A stretch of DNA of 63,494 nt, counting the filler, from Lenisia limosa (Eukaryota; Protista; Breviatea): assembly GCA_001655205.1 (NCBI GenBank). It is 12 parts of 12 records of this genome, joined end to end, with 100 filler letters (N's around TTAATTAATTAA, not from the genome) between each part and the next. Parts side by side here need not be neighbours in the genome. Positions count along the whole stretch, not along the records: positions 47,082 to 54,996 come from LPNZ01006041.1; positions 55,097 to 61,953 come from LPNZ01010102.1; 10 more parts are not named here. One strand, given 5' to 3'. Both the position numbers and the translations under genes were made by a program. Shown piece after piece: positions 47,082 through 58,000 of the stretch (position 1 is its first letter; the number at the start of each line of letters is the position of its first letter). Under the pieces are notes generated by a model. That model worked only from the letters and a program-made list of their open reading frames with translations. It searched no databases and had not been told where the DNA came from.

Positions 47082-50000
47082 GCAGTACTGAGGACAGCGC
47101 GTCACAGAGCGCCAATTGCAGGCAGGCCAGCTGGGGGGGTAAAGCCCAAATCAACTTTGTTGGCTGAAAACACAAAATACCATTTACAAGCTGAAATAAC
47201 TCAGAATATCAAATGAACTCAAGAGAGGTGAGGAGAAAAGGATCAAGAATATTGAGAAACCTCACACGTTCTTCCAACAATAGATAATTCAGTAAAACAA
47301 AAAAACAAACTCAAAATCAAATGTTGGCTAAAACATCGGAAACACAGAGGGTGATTACTGGGGATTCAACACAATGTAACATTTTGAGAGAGTACGACAG
47401 CCACATTCATAGATCAGAAGACATTGAGGTTTATCGAGGTCTGAGGAAGGAATTATGAGGAATTTCGAGACCCAAGCGAGAAATCGTATTGAATGGCTAC
47501 TGATAGATTGATCTTAATGAGAGATCCACGCACCACAGAATCAAGAGTCAGGTTGGAGGCATCTTCGTTGCTAAAGTGGTGAGAGTGGCACATTCTCAGA
47601 ATATAAAGCGAAATGGGAGTGAAGTTTATCAAAGCTGAATAATTATTTATGCCTCTCCACCCCATATATATGCCTCTCCACCCATACATATGCTGGTTCT
47701 GATAATGATGGCTAAGGGTAAACATGAAAATATTTTTCCATATATTTACCATTATGGAATGGAAAAATCAAGGTTCTATCTGGCCGAAGACGTCCACACC
47801 ATCACGCTTAAGAGAATTGAATTGTAGTAATATCATATACTAATAACAATTCAACCAATCATTTGCCTTACAACTCTGTGCACACAACTTTCTGCGTGCT
47901 CCCCAGCATACTATTAGATATAATAATTACAGTTTTTGCATATAGAATTATGGAGAATCAGGAAATGTCAAAGGCTGTAATTGACTGAGATTGTAGACTC
48001 AAACCAAACCACGAATAGCACATATTCTCATTTATTACGAGCCCGCTCACCATATTGACTCCACCAAGTCCGGAAAAAGAAGATCCTGAAGCACAGGGTC
48101 TGGATGTGGCAAGAGCGACCTTAAGTGTTATATCGGCACTAACTTGATCAGCATCATTATGCTATAAAAACGTTATGACTGTACCGAGATAATGTGTTCT
48201 CCGCGATCCCAATGTATTAAACAAGGTAGTATCTGGCTGAAGCCGTCCACATCATACATCACGCTTATAAGAAAATTGGATTAGAGCATAATATTAATTC
48301 ACCCAATCGTTTACAAAACTAATCTGTGTATAATGCTTTCTGCGTGCCTCCAGTAATATATTATGTGTAGAAATGGGAAAACGGTTGTATAAAATAAAAG
48401 ATGCAAAACACTGTCCACTAGATAGGAATAATTAGTCTTTGAGTGTATACCGAGGCGTCAGTGATGAAATTATTCCTTTTACCCAATTAGGTTATTTGCT
48501 TACAACTGGGGTGGCGACGGCGATGTGAGGGCTGAGGGGGGGAAAGCTGCCAAAACACAGTCAAGAGCTACGTCCGGGCTGGGGTAGTTATACTATATGC
48601 ATACACTGTACATATAGAATAAGAATATACCAATGAAAATGGACAGGAAAACATGGGAAGGAGGAGAAATACAAAAATTGAGGCATTAGCAGAATAAAGA
48701 AAATAGAGAGGAAGGAAAACAAAGACATGCAGAAGAACAATCAAAAAAAATCAAAAAGCTGAAGTACATTTATGCAATTCGCTACCCCCCCCCCCCAACA
48801 AATGTCTTGCTTGAGCTGAGAATGCAGAAAGAAAAGCAGCATAACNNNNNNNNNNNNNNNNNNNNNNNNNNNNNNNNNNNNNNNNNNNNNNNNNNNNNNN
48901 NNNNNNNNNNNNNNNNNNNNNNNNNNNNNNNNNNNNNNNNNNNNNNNNNNNNNNNNNNNNNNNNNNNNNNNNNNNNNNNNNNNNNNNNNNNNNNNNNNNN
49001 NNNNNNNNNNNNNNNNNNNNNNNNNNNNNNNNNNNNNNNNNNNNNNNNNGTGCTGTGTTTCCAAGAAATGGGATTGAATAAATAAGTTATCTTCCCCTTC
49101 TCGTGTATATCCTTTTTCAAGAATAAACATCAGTATTAAGCAATAATCCTGGGTATGCATTTATATCCAAACCCCATTTAGATCGGTATCGTGGCCCATG
49201 GAGGGTGCCCACGAATTGAAGAGCGGCATCTGTGGTGTCGGAATCATGTAGAGAAACAACCAGGTCCACAGCAGCTTGAAGAAACTGCGTTATCAGAAAT
49301 AAGAAATAAAGGGCTGCTCCAAATACTTTTAACAAAACTAGTTATCTTGCCATTTACTGTATTGAACAGAATAAGAAAACGAGAGTTTGAGGTGAACCCC
49401 TACAAAAGGAAACCAGACTAGAAACAAAAAAATCCCCTAAAGCGATCCCAAAAATTTCGAGGTATTAACGTGTCAGGAGATTAAAAATAATTATACAACA
49501 CAAATGGTTGTTTAGAGCAACAGTACGCCACTCACCTCCCGCCAAACAACGAACACGATCGAGTTGGCCTCGGTCATCATGAACACGGACTAAACCGCTC
49601 TGATGTGTGGTGACGCTAATAACTGACTACATAGCTGCTTCTTTCCACTGTTGTTCCTATTGCGTCTCGGTGCGACAGGCTATCAGGATCGAAATCAAGA
49701 AGGACTCTGCGGTTTGTGAAGGGTTAGGGAACAACAGAACTCGATAATTTATGACTTTGTTTTTTTCCTTAGTGCTATATACACCTATTTATTCTCTGAG
49801 ATGAGGAAAGGGATTAAAGAATGAAGAATGAAAGCAGAATGAAAACTGAATTGTAATACTATACTACGGCGGCGGCAGCTAAATCGGTGTTTTTTAAAAC
49901 GCACAACCCATGACAACTGAAGCGAAGAAGGAAGAAGTGGAAAGGAATAAACAAAAGAAGAAGAGAAAGTCAAAAAAAATAGCCCCCCCCCCNNNNNNNN

Positions 50001-50416
50001 NNNNNNNNNNNNNNNNNNNNNNNNNNNNNNNNNNNNNNNNNNNNNNNNNNNNNNNNNNNNNNNNNNNNNNNNNNNNNNNNNNNNNNNNNNNNNNNNNNNN
50101 NNNNNNNNNNNNGATAAATTTGGTTGAACTATTTTCACGTTTGCCACAATCCACTACACTATATACAATTCTCATCTTATGTCATAATGAAAGCTTACTT
50201 CTCTTTTCTTATGAACCTGTAGACAAAATACGCTATAATATGTGTAGCTCTGTCTTACCAGCGTTTTGGGTAACCTCAATTAATATGGACATACATATAG
50301 CGAGTAGAAGAACGGATATAAATACATTTACGTCACAGTTTGCTCCAAGGAGGGGTCCAGCTGAATCTTGCCGAACCATCGCTTCCCAAGCATGCTGCCA
50401 CCCATGTATGAGGGCA
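47082..50416 (-). CDS. Unknown multi-exon protein, possibly beta-propeller-like
   Basis: Minus-strand exons: VPSYMGGSMLGKRWFGKIQLDPSLEQT, VTTHQSGLVRVHDDRGQLDRVRCLAG, AAVDLVVSLHDSDTTDAALQFVGTLHGPRY, LACLQLALCDALSSVL; acceptors carry Family F/C-run motifs. Confidence 0.5.
47757..47912 (+). mobile_element. Family B repeat, near full length
   Basis: CAAGGTTCTATCTGGCCGAAGACGTCCACACCATCACGCTTAAGAG..CAATCATTTGCCTTACAACTCTGTGCACACAACTTTCTGCGTGCTCCCCAGCATAC. Confidence 0.87.
48215..48355 (+). mobile_element. Family B repeat
   Basis: AAACAAGGTAGTATCTGGCTGAAGCCGTCCAC..ATCACGCTTATAAGA..TTAATTCACCCAATC..GCTTTCTGCGTGCCTCCAG. Confidence 0.82.
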
Positions 50417-50809
50417 CTGCATTTAACTTAACCTGATTTTTCTTCTTTCATTGTTTCTACTCGAATTTTTTGATATTATATCACATTGTTACAATTTGCC
50501 CAAATTTGCATATGATGTTGTTTTCAATATTATCTAAAAAAATTTACGTATTGCAATGTATCACTGCTCAAGAATTCACATTTCAGGAGAGCGTTCAAGA
50601 GCTGAAAGGAAGTTGGTGGTTATTATATGCCCAAACAATGGCTTGATTATTGTAAATAGTTTACTACTGTAAACCATTTTCAATTACTAGCTTTTGAACT
50701 GATAGAAATGTTTACAGTTTAGAACTGTTTTGTTTTGTGATTCTACTATCAAGCTGTTCCTGTCCATACAGTCTTTGTACTAGCTTTTCTGATCTACCTT
50801 CCCTCAGCA

Positions 50810-53800
50810 ATGTCGTGTTTCCTCACTGGTCCTTCTTTGGTCGCAGGTAGACGGGAATTTTGGATTATGTCGGCTTTATTTTGAAATGGAACACTTGATA
50901 TTCGGCTTTGTGTTTTGTATAGGTATTATTTTGATATGGATATGTGCTATTTTGGGTTGTGGGCTTTATTTTGGGCTGTGTGCTTTATTTTGGGCTGTGT
51001 GTGTTATTTTGGGTTTGTGCTTTATTTTTGGTACGGAAACATACCCTCTTCAAAAAGAACACCATTATGACTTGGTTGGTGACGAATTCTCATGGTTATG
51101 CAGGCTTGACCAGTACCATCAGCGAGGTGATTGCGACTTCTGAAGGCAGCCAGGCTCTCATTACTGTCTCGGTTAGCACTGGGATGTTGGTGGAGGGGGT
51201 AAAACTCTGCAACATTGTTGCGGAGTTGGAAGCAGAGGGAGGGGTGATTACTTACACGGTTCCAAAAATGAACAGAAAGCCTTGAGGGAAGCATCAATAT
51301 TTACTGGTCCCTGTCTGATTGAAGGGATCCTTAGGTGTAGTAAACTACACAATATTCACTGGGGTAAGATATGAGTGTTAATTCTTTGCCTTTGGGATGA
51401 CATGTTTCTGGTAACACAATTCACAGAGCCACACACAGACATATTATATGAATTCCATATTGCTGGTATATGTAGTATGTTGTCTGTTTTTCATGCAATT
51501 CATCTCCCTCCCCGTTCTGCAATTTCGTTCCTCTTTCTTTTGTTGTTTTCAACCATCGTGTATTGTTAGCCAAATAGAGATTATTACATTTTCTCCCGTT
51601 CACCCTACCCTCCACGAGTTTCAGATTATTCGGTTCGTGATTAGTACCTTTACGCCGATATTCTTCATCGAAATTTCCTCCGTTTTACCCCCCAGGGCAG
51701 TTGTCCGGAAGGTCATGAACTGAGTTTCACATCGAAGACCGTCCAATGCTCCATAGCTACGGGCTGGGCTGAAGAACCAACGTGCTCTAAAGGTAGCGCC
51801 TTGATTAGAATCCACCCCCCCCCCCCCCCNNNNNNNNNNNNNNNNNNNNNNNNNNNNNNNNNNNNNNNNNNNNNNNNNNNNNNNNNNNNNNNNNNNNNNN
51901 NNNNNNNNNNNNCCTATTGTGCAATATAAAGCAATGAATATGATATGACAGATAAGTCTTGAATGATTAATCGTTTTTAAGGCTTATCATGGTCACTGTA
52001 TTCTCCAGTCTACATGTATGTATGTTATCAGTACCGCGGGACATTGGGCTCTACAGCATTATATAATTAGCATATTTGAGGCTGATCTTTTCCATCAACT
52101 TGTTGAGTACGAAAGTCCTCACTGGTTCCCAGTGAAATGCCCCAATGACTTTGGTGCTGCAACCTCCACCAACTGCACTGGTTTGAAGGCTGTTTTTTTT
52201 TTGTTGAATTTTCTCTTTCCCTTTGTTGTTTTATTACAAGACTGAAATTTAAATTGGATAATACTCAAGTTGTACCTCAGCATATGATACATTAGATGTA
52301 TCAGTATACTGTACTTCATCCTTAATTTCTTCATCCATAATTTTTTCTTTTGACTTCCAGGAGACAACTCGATCTTTGGTGACGTATGCGCCTTGACATG
52401 CTCTCTTGCAGCAACGGGTGGGCTATTTGCAAGAGGAAGAAACACATTTGTTTTATTTATTGAGTGCATACTAATATCGTATTGTATCGAAGCAATAGGA
52501 AGAAACACCAGTGTATTATTTCTCATTTCAATGGATTTTGTATCCCGTGAGCTCCGAGCCGCGTGAATGTTGTATCATCATCATTGTATGATATCATATG
52601 CTTGTACCCTGAGCCAGCAGTTGAAGAGTTCCTTTCACCTAACACTTCGTAGGAACGCCTGTAGCCCAATGTGGTCCTTTCGGACTGTTTATGACCGACT
52701 ACAGTTGCGGTGAACGTATGTAATTGCTTTGCGAAGAGAACATAAGAATAGCAATGTAGAGATGGTTGTTTTGACTTTGATTGGAGTTTCTTTTTCTTAT
52801 CAAAGTTTCAAGTCGTTATCATTTCACTATCTTGCTTCAGATCCCAATCCAACACCTCATATTATGTTATTCTTTTGGGTGGGGCTCAAGGCAACAGACA
52901 AATGATAATAAAACGTGACATGTTTTGACCCTTCAGCTGGAACAGTGTACTCTTGTGGTGATGGTACCAATTATGGTCTTGGCGTAAGAGGGTTTAACGT
53001 CATTCTGCCGCGTTTCAGGTTTTCTGTATCTAAGTGCCTATGCCCTCTTTAAACTTGATATTCTCTTGTTTACCCAATTTAGTCTGGTGCCTTAGCAGAT
53101 GTGTATTCACCAGCTAAAGCAGGTGGGAGGGGGAGGGGTGAAGGATTGCGTTTTTCTCAAACTTCCATACAGTCAACTTTATTTATGATATACTACGTAC
53201 CTTTTGATATGTTGCGTTTGTAGCCCAATATAAAGAAATATTTGACCAAAAAATTATAATATTTGACCCATTCAGATTTGACTTCAACTGCTGGTACTGA
53301 TGTGAGCCTCGTGGCAGCAGCATATGATACCATGTGCTATGTTAAAGGAGGTGGGGACTGTGACTGTGGAACTGGCCTAAATTTCCTAATATATTACATA
53401 AGGAATGCTTGAAATTATCAGAACAACTTTCCCATGTAATTCTCATTCTTCACCCCCAGTCAATGCGCTGTACTGCACAGGTTCCAATGATCACAACCTT
53501 GTGGACTTCGGAGGAGCTGGTAAGGGGTGAACTAATTATCCTGCCTGATGCAATTAAAGGATAGAAAAAAATTCTTCTCATAGTTTTAACCCTTTCCTCA
53601 ATTATTAAACCGCTTTGCTATTTGTTGTTGACGTTTTTTTCCTTTGATATGATATATTTAATTCTCAAATTTTCATTTTCACCTCCTAGGGAGTTTCAGT
53701 TCCCCCTATCTTCGCCCCGAAATTGCAAGCATTGCCTCAGGAAGCCGTATTGAAAAGCTGGAAACTGGCATTTACCACGCCGGCATTCTTTTTGGTGTGC

Positions 53801-54996
53801 ACTGACTGGGTTGTTTTCTTCCTTTTGTTATTTCGTATCTCTAGCAAGTGCATACATTGTTCCTCATAAAAGGTTATTTTCTTCGTAACGATATTTGACA
53901 ATTCCAGCGGATGGACGAGTGTATACATGGGGTGGGGGGCAATACAGTATGCTACATGCTGCTGCTACTGGCCTAAATGCACCAACTTTGGTAGGTGATC
54001 TATGCGTGTGATGAAGTTAATCTCCCAGGTTCAACTGCCAGCTGGACGCACCGCTGTGGACCTTGTTATGGACACTTTTGATTCCATTGTTACTCTTGGT
54101 GATGGGTTAATTAATGTTTTCTGCTATAATCCAATATCTCTTGACCGATTTGCTATATGATTTCCAAAATCGATCAAGACTTATCCCGGTCACTGTACAT
54201 ACATATCATATTCCAATAACACCAATAGATGATGGAACTCTCTTTGGAGGGGGCAACAATCAAGGTCTTCATCTCCACGGATCGCTGAGGCCCCTCACTG
54301 CTCGCATTCTGGAGTCTTCCTTACCAGTATGTACAGAACATCACCCAATTCCAAAAAAATTCCCTAATAAATCTTCGAAATTCAGTTTTCTCTAAATTTT
54401 ACTATCAAGGCTGGTGCTGTGATTGACCACATTGAGCTGTCTTACCTGACCTTTGTGGTCAAAACAAGTGAGTCATTCGGTTGTTAGTAATGCTATTTGG
54501 CAGTCGTCTTTACAAGTAGTGTATAGTACATGTTATGCATGTAGTATATTGCATTTGTGTATACTAGTTAAATAGCCGACAAGCTTACTATTTAGACGAC
54601 AAGCGAGTCTTTGGACGGGAGAACAACGGTTCGCAGTACAAGTCATATTGCGGCTCTTCTATATCTGAGGTTTTTACCGAGGTGTGGGGAGGGGGGTATT
54701 AAGGCAGGATAATTTTATAAAATTCCATGTGTTTGATTGCTTTTGATTGCCAAGCGCTTGATATGATTGCGTTTGATTGCTTATGGTTGTCAAGCGCTTG
54801 ATATGAATGCTTTTGATTGCCAAACACTTGATATGATTGCTTTTGATGACACAAAAGGCAGGAGATACCGCCGGCGGTGACCTGTCCGGACACATCACTT
54901 CCGTTACGTGCAATAGACAAGCTTGTGTGTTCGTGACAGGTTAGGAAGGGAGCAGAACGAGCCTAATTTGAGGTACTCTACAGCTGGAGAAATCTG
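50810..54996 (+). CDS. Probable surface protein: Sushi-like Cys modules followed by RCC1/BLIP-II-like repeats, partial
   Basis: GSCPEGHELSFTSKTVQCSIATGWAEEPTCSK; KCPNDFGAATSTNCTG|DNSIFGDVCALTC; then GTVYSCGDGTNYGLG, ALYCTGSNDHNL, IEKLETGIYHAGILF|ADGRVYTWG, DDGTLFGGGNNQG, ITSVTCNRQACVFVTG. Start codon uncertain. Confidence 0.7.
50940..51030 (+). repeat. ~21-bp degenerate tandem repeat (GTGCTTTATTTTGGGCTGT), intronic
   Basis: Directly visible, ~4 units. Confidence 0.8.
54728..54845 (+). repeat. ~35-bp tandem repeat (TTTGATTGCCAAGCGCTTGATATGATTGC), intronic
   Basis: Directly visible, ~3.5 units, no unique spacers. Confidence 0.85.
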
Positions 54997-55096
54997 NNNN
55001 NNNNNNNNNNNNNNNNNNNNNNNNNNNNNNNNNNNNNNNNTTAATTAATTAANNNNNNNNNNNNNNNNNNNNNNNNNNNNNNNNNNNNNNNNNNNN

Positions 55097-58000
55097 GCCG
55101 GACGCCTATGTGCCCATCATCAAAATGACCTGCAATGGCATTCCGGTACGGGAGAGAGGGGTTTGGAAACTGTTTTTCTTTTCAGGTGGTAGGTTTCTTC
55201 AAACGCGGTTTTTAAAAGAAAAAGCACCCCCCCCCCTCGCCGCCACTTGAAAGATAGCATTTTAACCATAATTAATCCACAATGCTAATTATGCAACAGT
55301 TCCTGTTCCCCATCTGCAATACGACAATTCTGGGCTTTGTTTGTTATTTTTCAACCCTTTTGTATTTCTCAAATGCTAACCACATTCGAATTTGGGCTTT
55401 TTTTTGAAATTCATAATTTTATCACCCCACGCCAGATTGATTTGCTCTTCGCCAGCATTCCCTCCATGACCTCGATCGCAAAGGACATTGATGTGACTGA
55501 CGACGCAATTCTCACCTCGCTCGACTACAAATCCGTGCTCTCTCTCAATGGTTTGCCGTGCTGCGGAAGCGACTGGCCTGGGCTCTGTTTGTTTTGTTGT
55601 TATCGTTATCACCCTCGGGTGTTGTCAGCCAACAGAGTTGACTTGGGTGTTTTTGTTTCATAAATTTTCCAATTTTACTCACCCCCCCCCCCAGGTACTC
55701 GAGTTGTTGACGGCATTATGAAGAATGTTCCGAACATGGAGACATTCAGGACCACTTTGAAGGCCNNNNNNNNNNNNNNNNNNNNNNNNNNNNNNNNNNN
55801 NNNNNNNNNNNNNNNNNNNNNNNNNNNNNNNNNNNNNNNNNNNNNNNNNNNNNNNNNNNNNNNNNNNNNNNNNNNNNNNNNNNNNNNTTGGCTGATAACA
55901 CCCGAGGGCTGATAACAACAAAAACGCCCAAATCAACTCTGATGATTGTGTGTGTGTGTATGTGTGTGTGTGTGTGTGTGTGACCATTGTGGGATGTATA
56001 ATGGTGGCAATGTACCATATTCGGATGAATTATGATAATGTCGAACTTACCCTATTAGGAAGGGGCGTGTACTCAAACGTCATGGGCTATCTCGGCGGTG
56101 TGGCTTNNNNNNNNNNNNNNNNNNNNNNNNNNNNNNNNNNNNNNNNNNNNNNNNNNNNNNNNNNNNNNNNNNNNNNNNNNNNNNNNNNNNNNNNNNNNNN
56201 NNNNNNNNNNNNNNNNNNNNNNNNNNNNNNNTGTGGGTTTTTGCCTTATTTATAGGGCTTCATTTCGGTTCGGAAAAAGAATTTCTCGATAAGTCCTCGA
56301 TAACTGTCGATATTTTACCGGTATTTTTCGAACCGAAGTGACGCCCTACGTAGTTGTTTTGAGATCAGAATTTTTTGGACTCATCTCAATTCATTTGTTG
56401 AAGAACTTAATTGATACAATATTGCTACATTCATTCCTTGGGCTTCCCTACGGTCCGAAACAGACCGTCAAAATATCGAGATTCATCGAGATTTTATAGG
56501 GAAATTCAGTCTTGTTTGGGACCGTAGGGAAGCCTTATTCATTCCATATTCAACAGGCATTGACCCTTCCAGCATCTACAAGAACTGGGACTGGGCCATG
56601 CCCAATGAGTTGTGCCAGAGAAGGCTCGACGGTGTGTTCGCACCTAAAATCTGGAACCCTGTAGCGAACCCTCGTGACCAGTTCCACCACCTCATGCCCG
56701 TCATTACCCCCGCTTACCCCGCCATGAACAGTACTTACAACGTGTCCGAACCAACTCTTGCCGTGAGTTGCCATGCGCTGCCATGGGCTGTGAATATTGT
56801 TTTATTTCCCATTCCATGGTCTAATAGATTGTAGCTCTCTCTTTCTATCCAGTATTAATTCCCTTATATTGCTTTCATTGTTGCATTGCACTCGCATTAC
56901 TCTAGTTTGCCTCTTGTTTTGACTCTTTTAGGTTATGAAGGAGGAGTTTGCCCGTGGCCTAGAGGTATGCAGGGAATACGGTGGCCGCGCTGACACAAAA
57001 ATTGAGCTTATCTTCAGCCAATTGTGTCAGGCCTTTTTGCGATTACTCTATGATATATTACATGTGTGAACATATGAAGTTGCGGGTTGAGATAAGAAAA
57101 ATATACATTTAATCAAAAGATACATGGGTGGACAGAAGCGACTGGTCTGGGCTTTGTTTGTTTTGTTGTTATGAACCCTCGTGTGATTTGGATTTTTTTT
57201 GTTTCATACCACCCCGCCAGACCTGTCTTGCCATCGTGGATTCGAATAAGGACTGGGCTCCTCTCTTCACCCCCGTCAACATCTTCACGCACTACAACAA
57301 TTTCCTCCAGAGTAAGGCTTTTGTGATAATATATCATAGCATGTAATTAATTATGAATGCCTTGTCAAACTAATGACATGAAGAGAAAGAAGGCCTTGAG
57401 GGCAAACTTATATATAATATGGTAGGACATCATGTAATTTACTATCGAAGAAATGATAAAGAGAAAGATGGGGAAACTTAACTGTTGGCCACCTCTCGAT
57501 GGTATTCTTTTGGGATCCCGATATTATGTAATATGTATCATATAATATCTTTCTTTTGCTCCCAAATATATTCTCACACTGAAGTCACGATTCTCTCCAT
57601 CAATGATGAGCAACTCAAGAAGTACAGCGGCTTTGTTGAGGCCAAAATTAGATTCCTCATTGAGAAGCTAGGTTGGATGGGCTGTCAATGGGGGGTTTTT
57701 TTTTAAGAGAAATCATATGCGTTAGAAATCTAGGGAAACAAATAAATACAAAGGGATACCATAAACAAATTACCATACTTCCGCCATGGGGGGGAGGGGT
57801 AAGGCAGTTGCCAAGCCATGAATTGTAACCGTATTAGAAATTTTAGTAACATTATTTGCATAACACTACAGCGCATCGACTTGGGATTCTTGTCAAAACG
57901 TTGGAATTGCCATATTTTTTTAAATGGGAATCCCATGGATTTTTATGGAAATTTTAAGAACTTCATGAGATTCCCATAGGGAACCCAAGAGATGATATTA

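Noticed and set aside
51185-51695. GTGGAGGGGGTAAAAC ... GTTTTACCCCCCAG as TIRs of one intron
   Set aside because: The 5' motif lies in an open frame that reads as plausible protein (GMLVEGVKLCNIVAELE), so I cannot show it is a donor.
54728-54845. CRISPR-like arrays (also 1401-1487, 5391-5454, 7318-7437, 59053-59180)
   Set aside because: Head-to-tail tandem units with no unique spacers, located in eukaryotic introns, with no cas genes.
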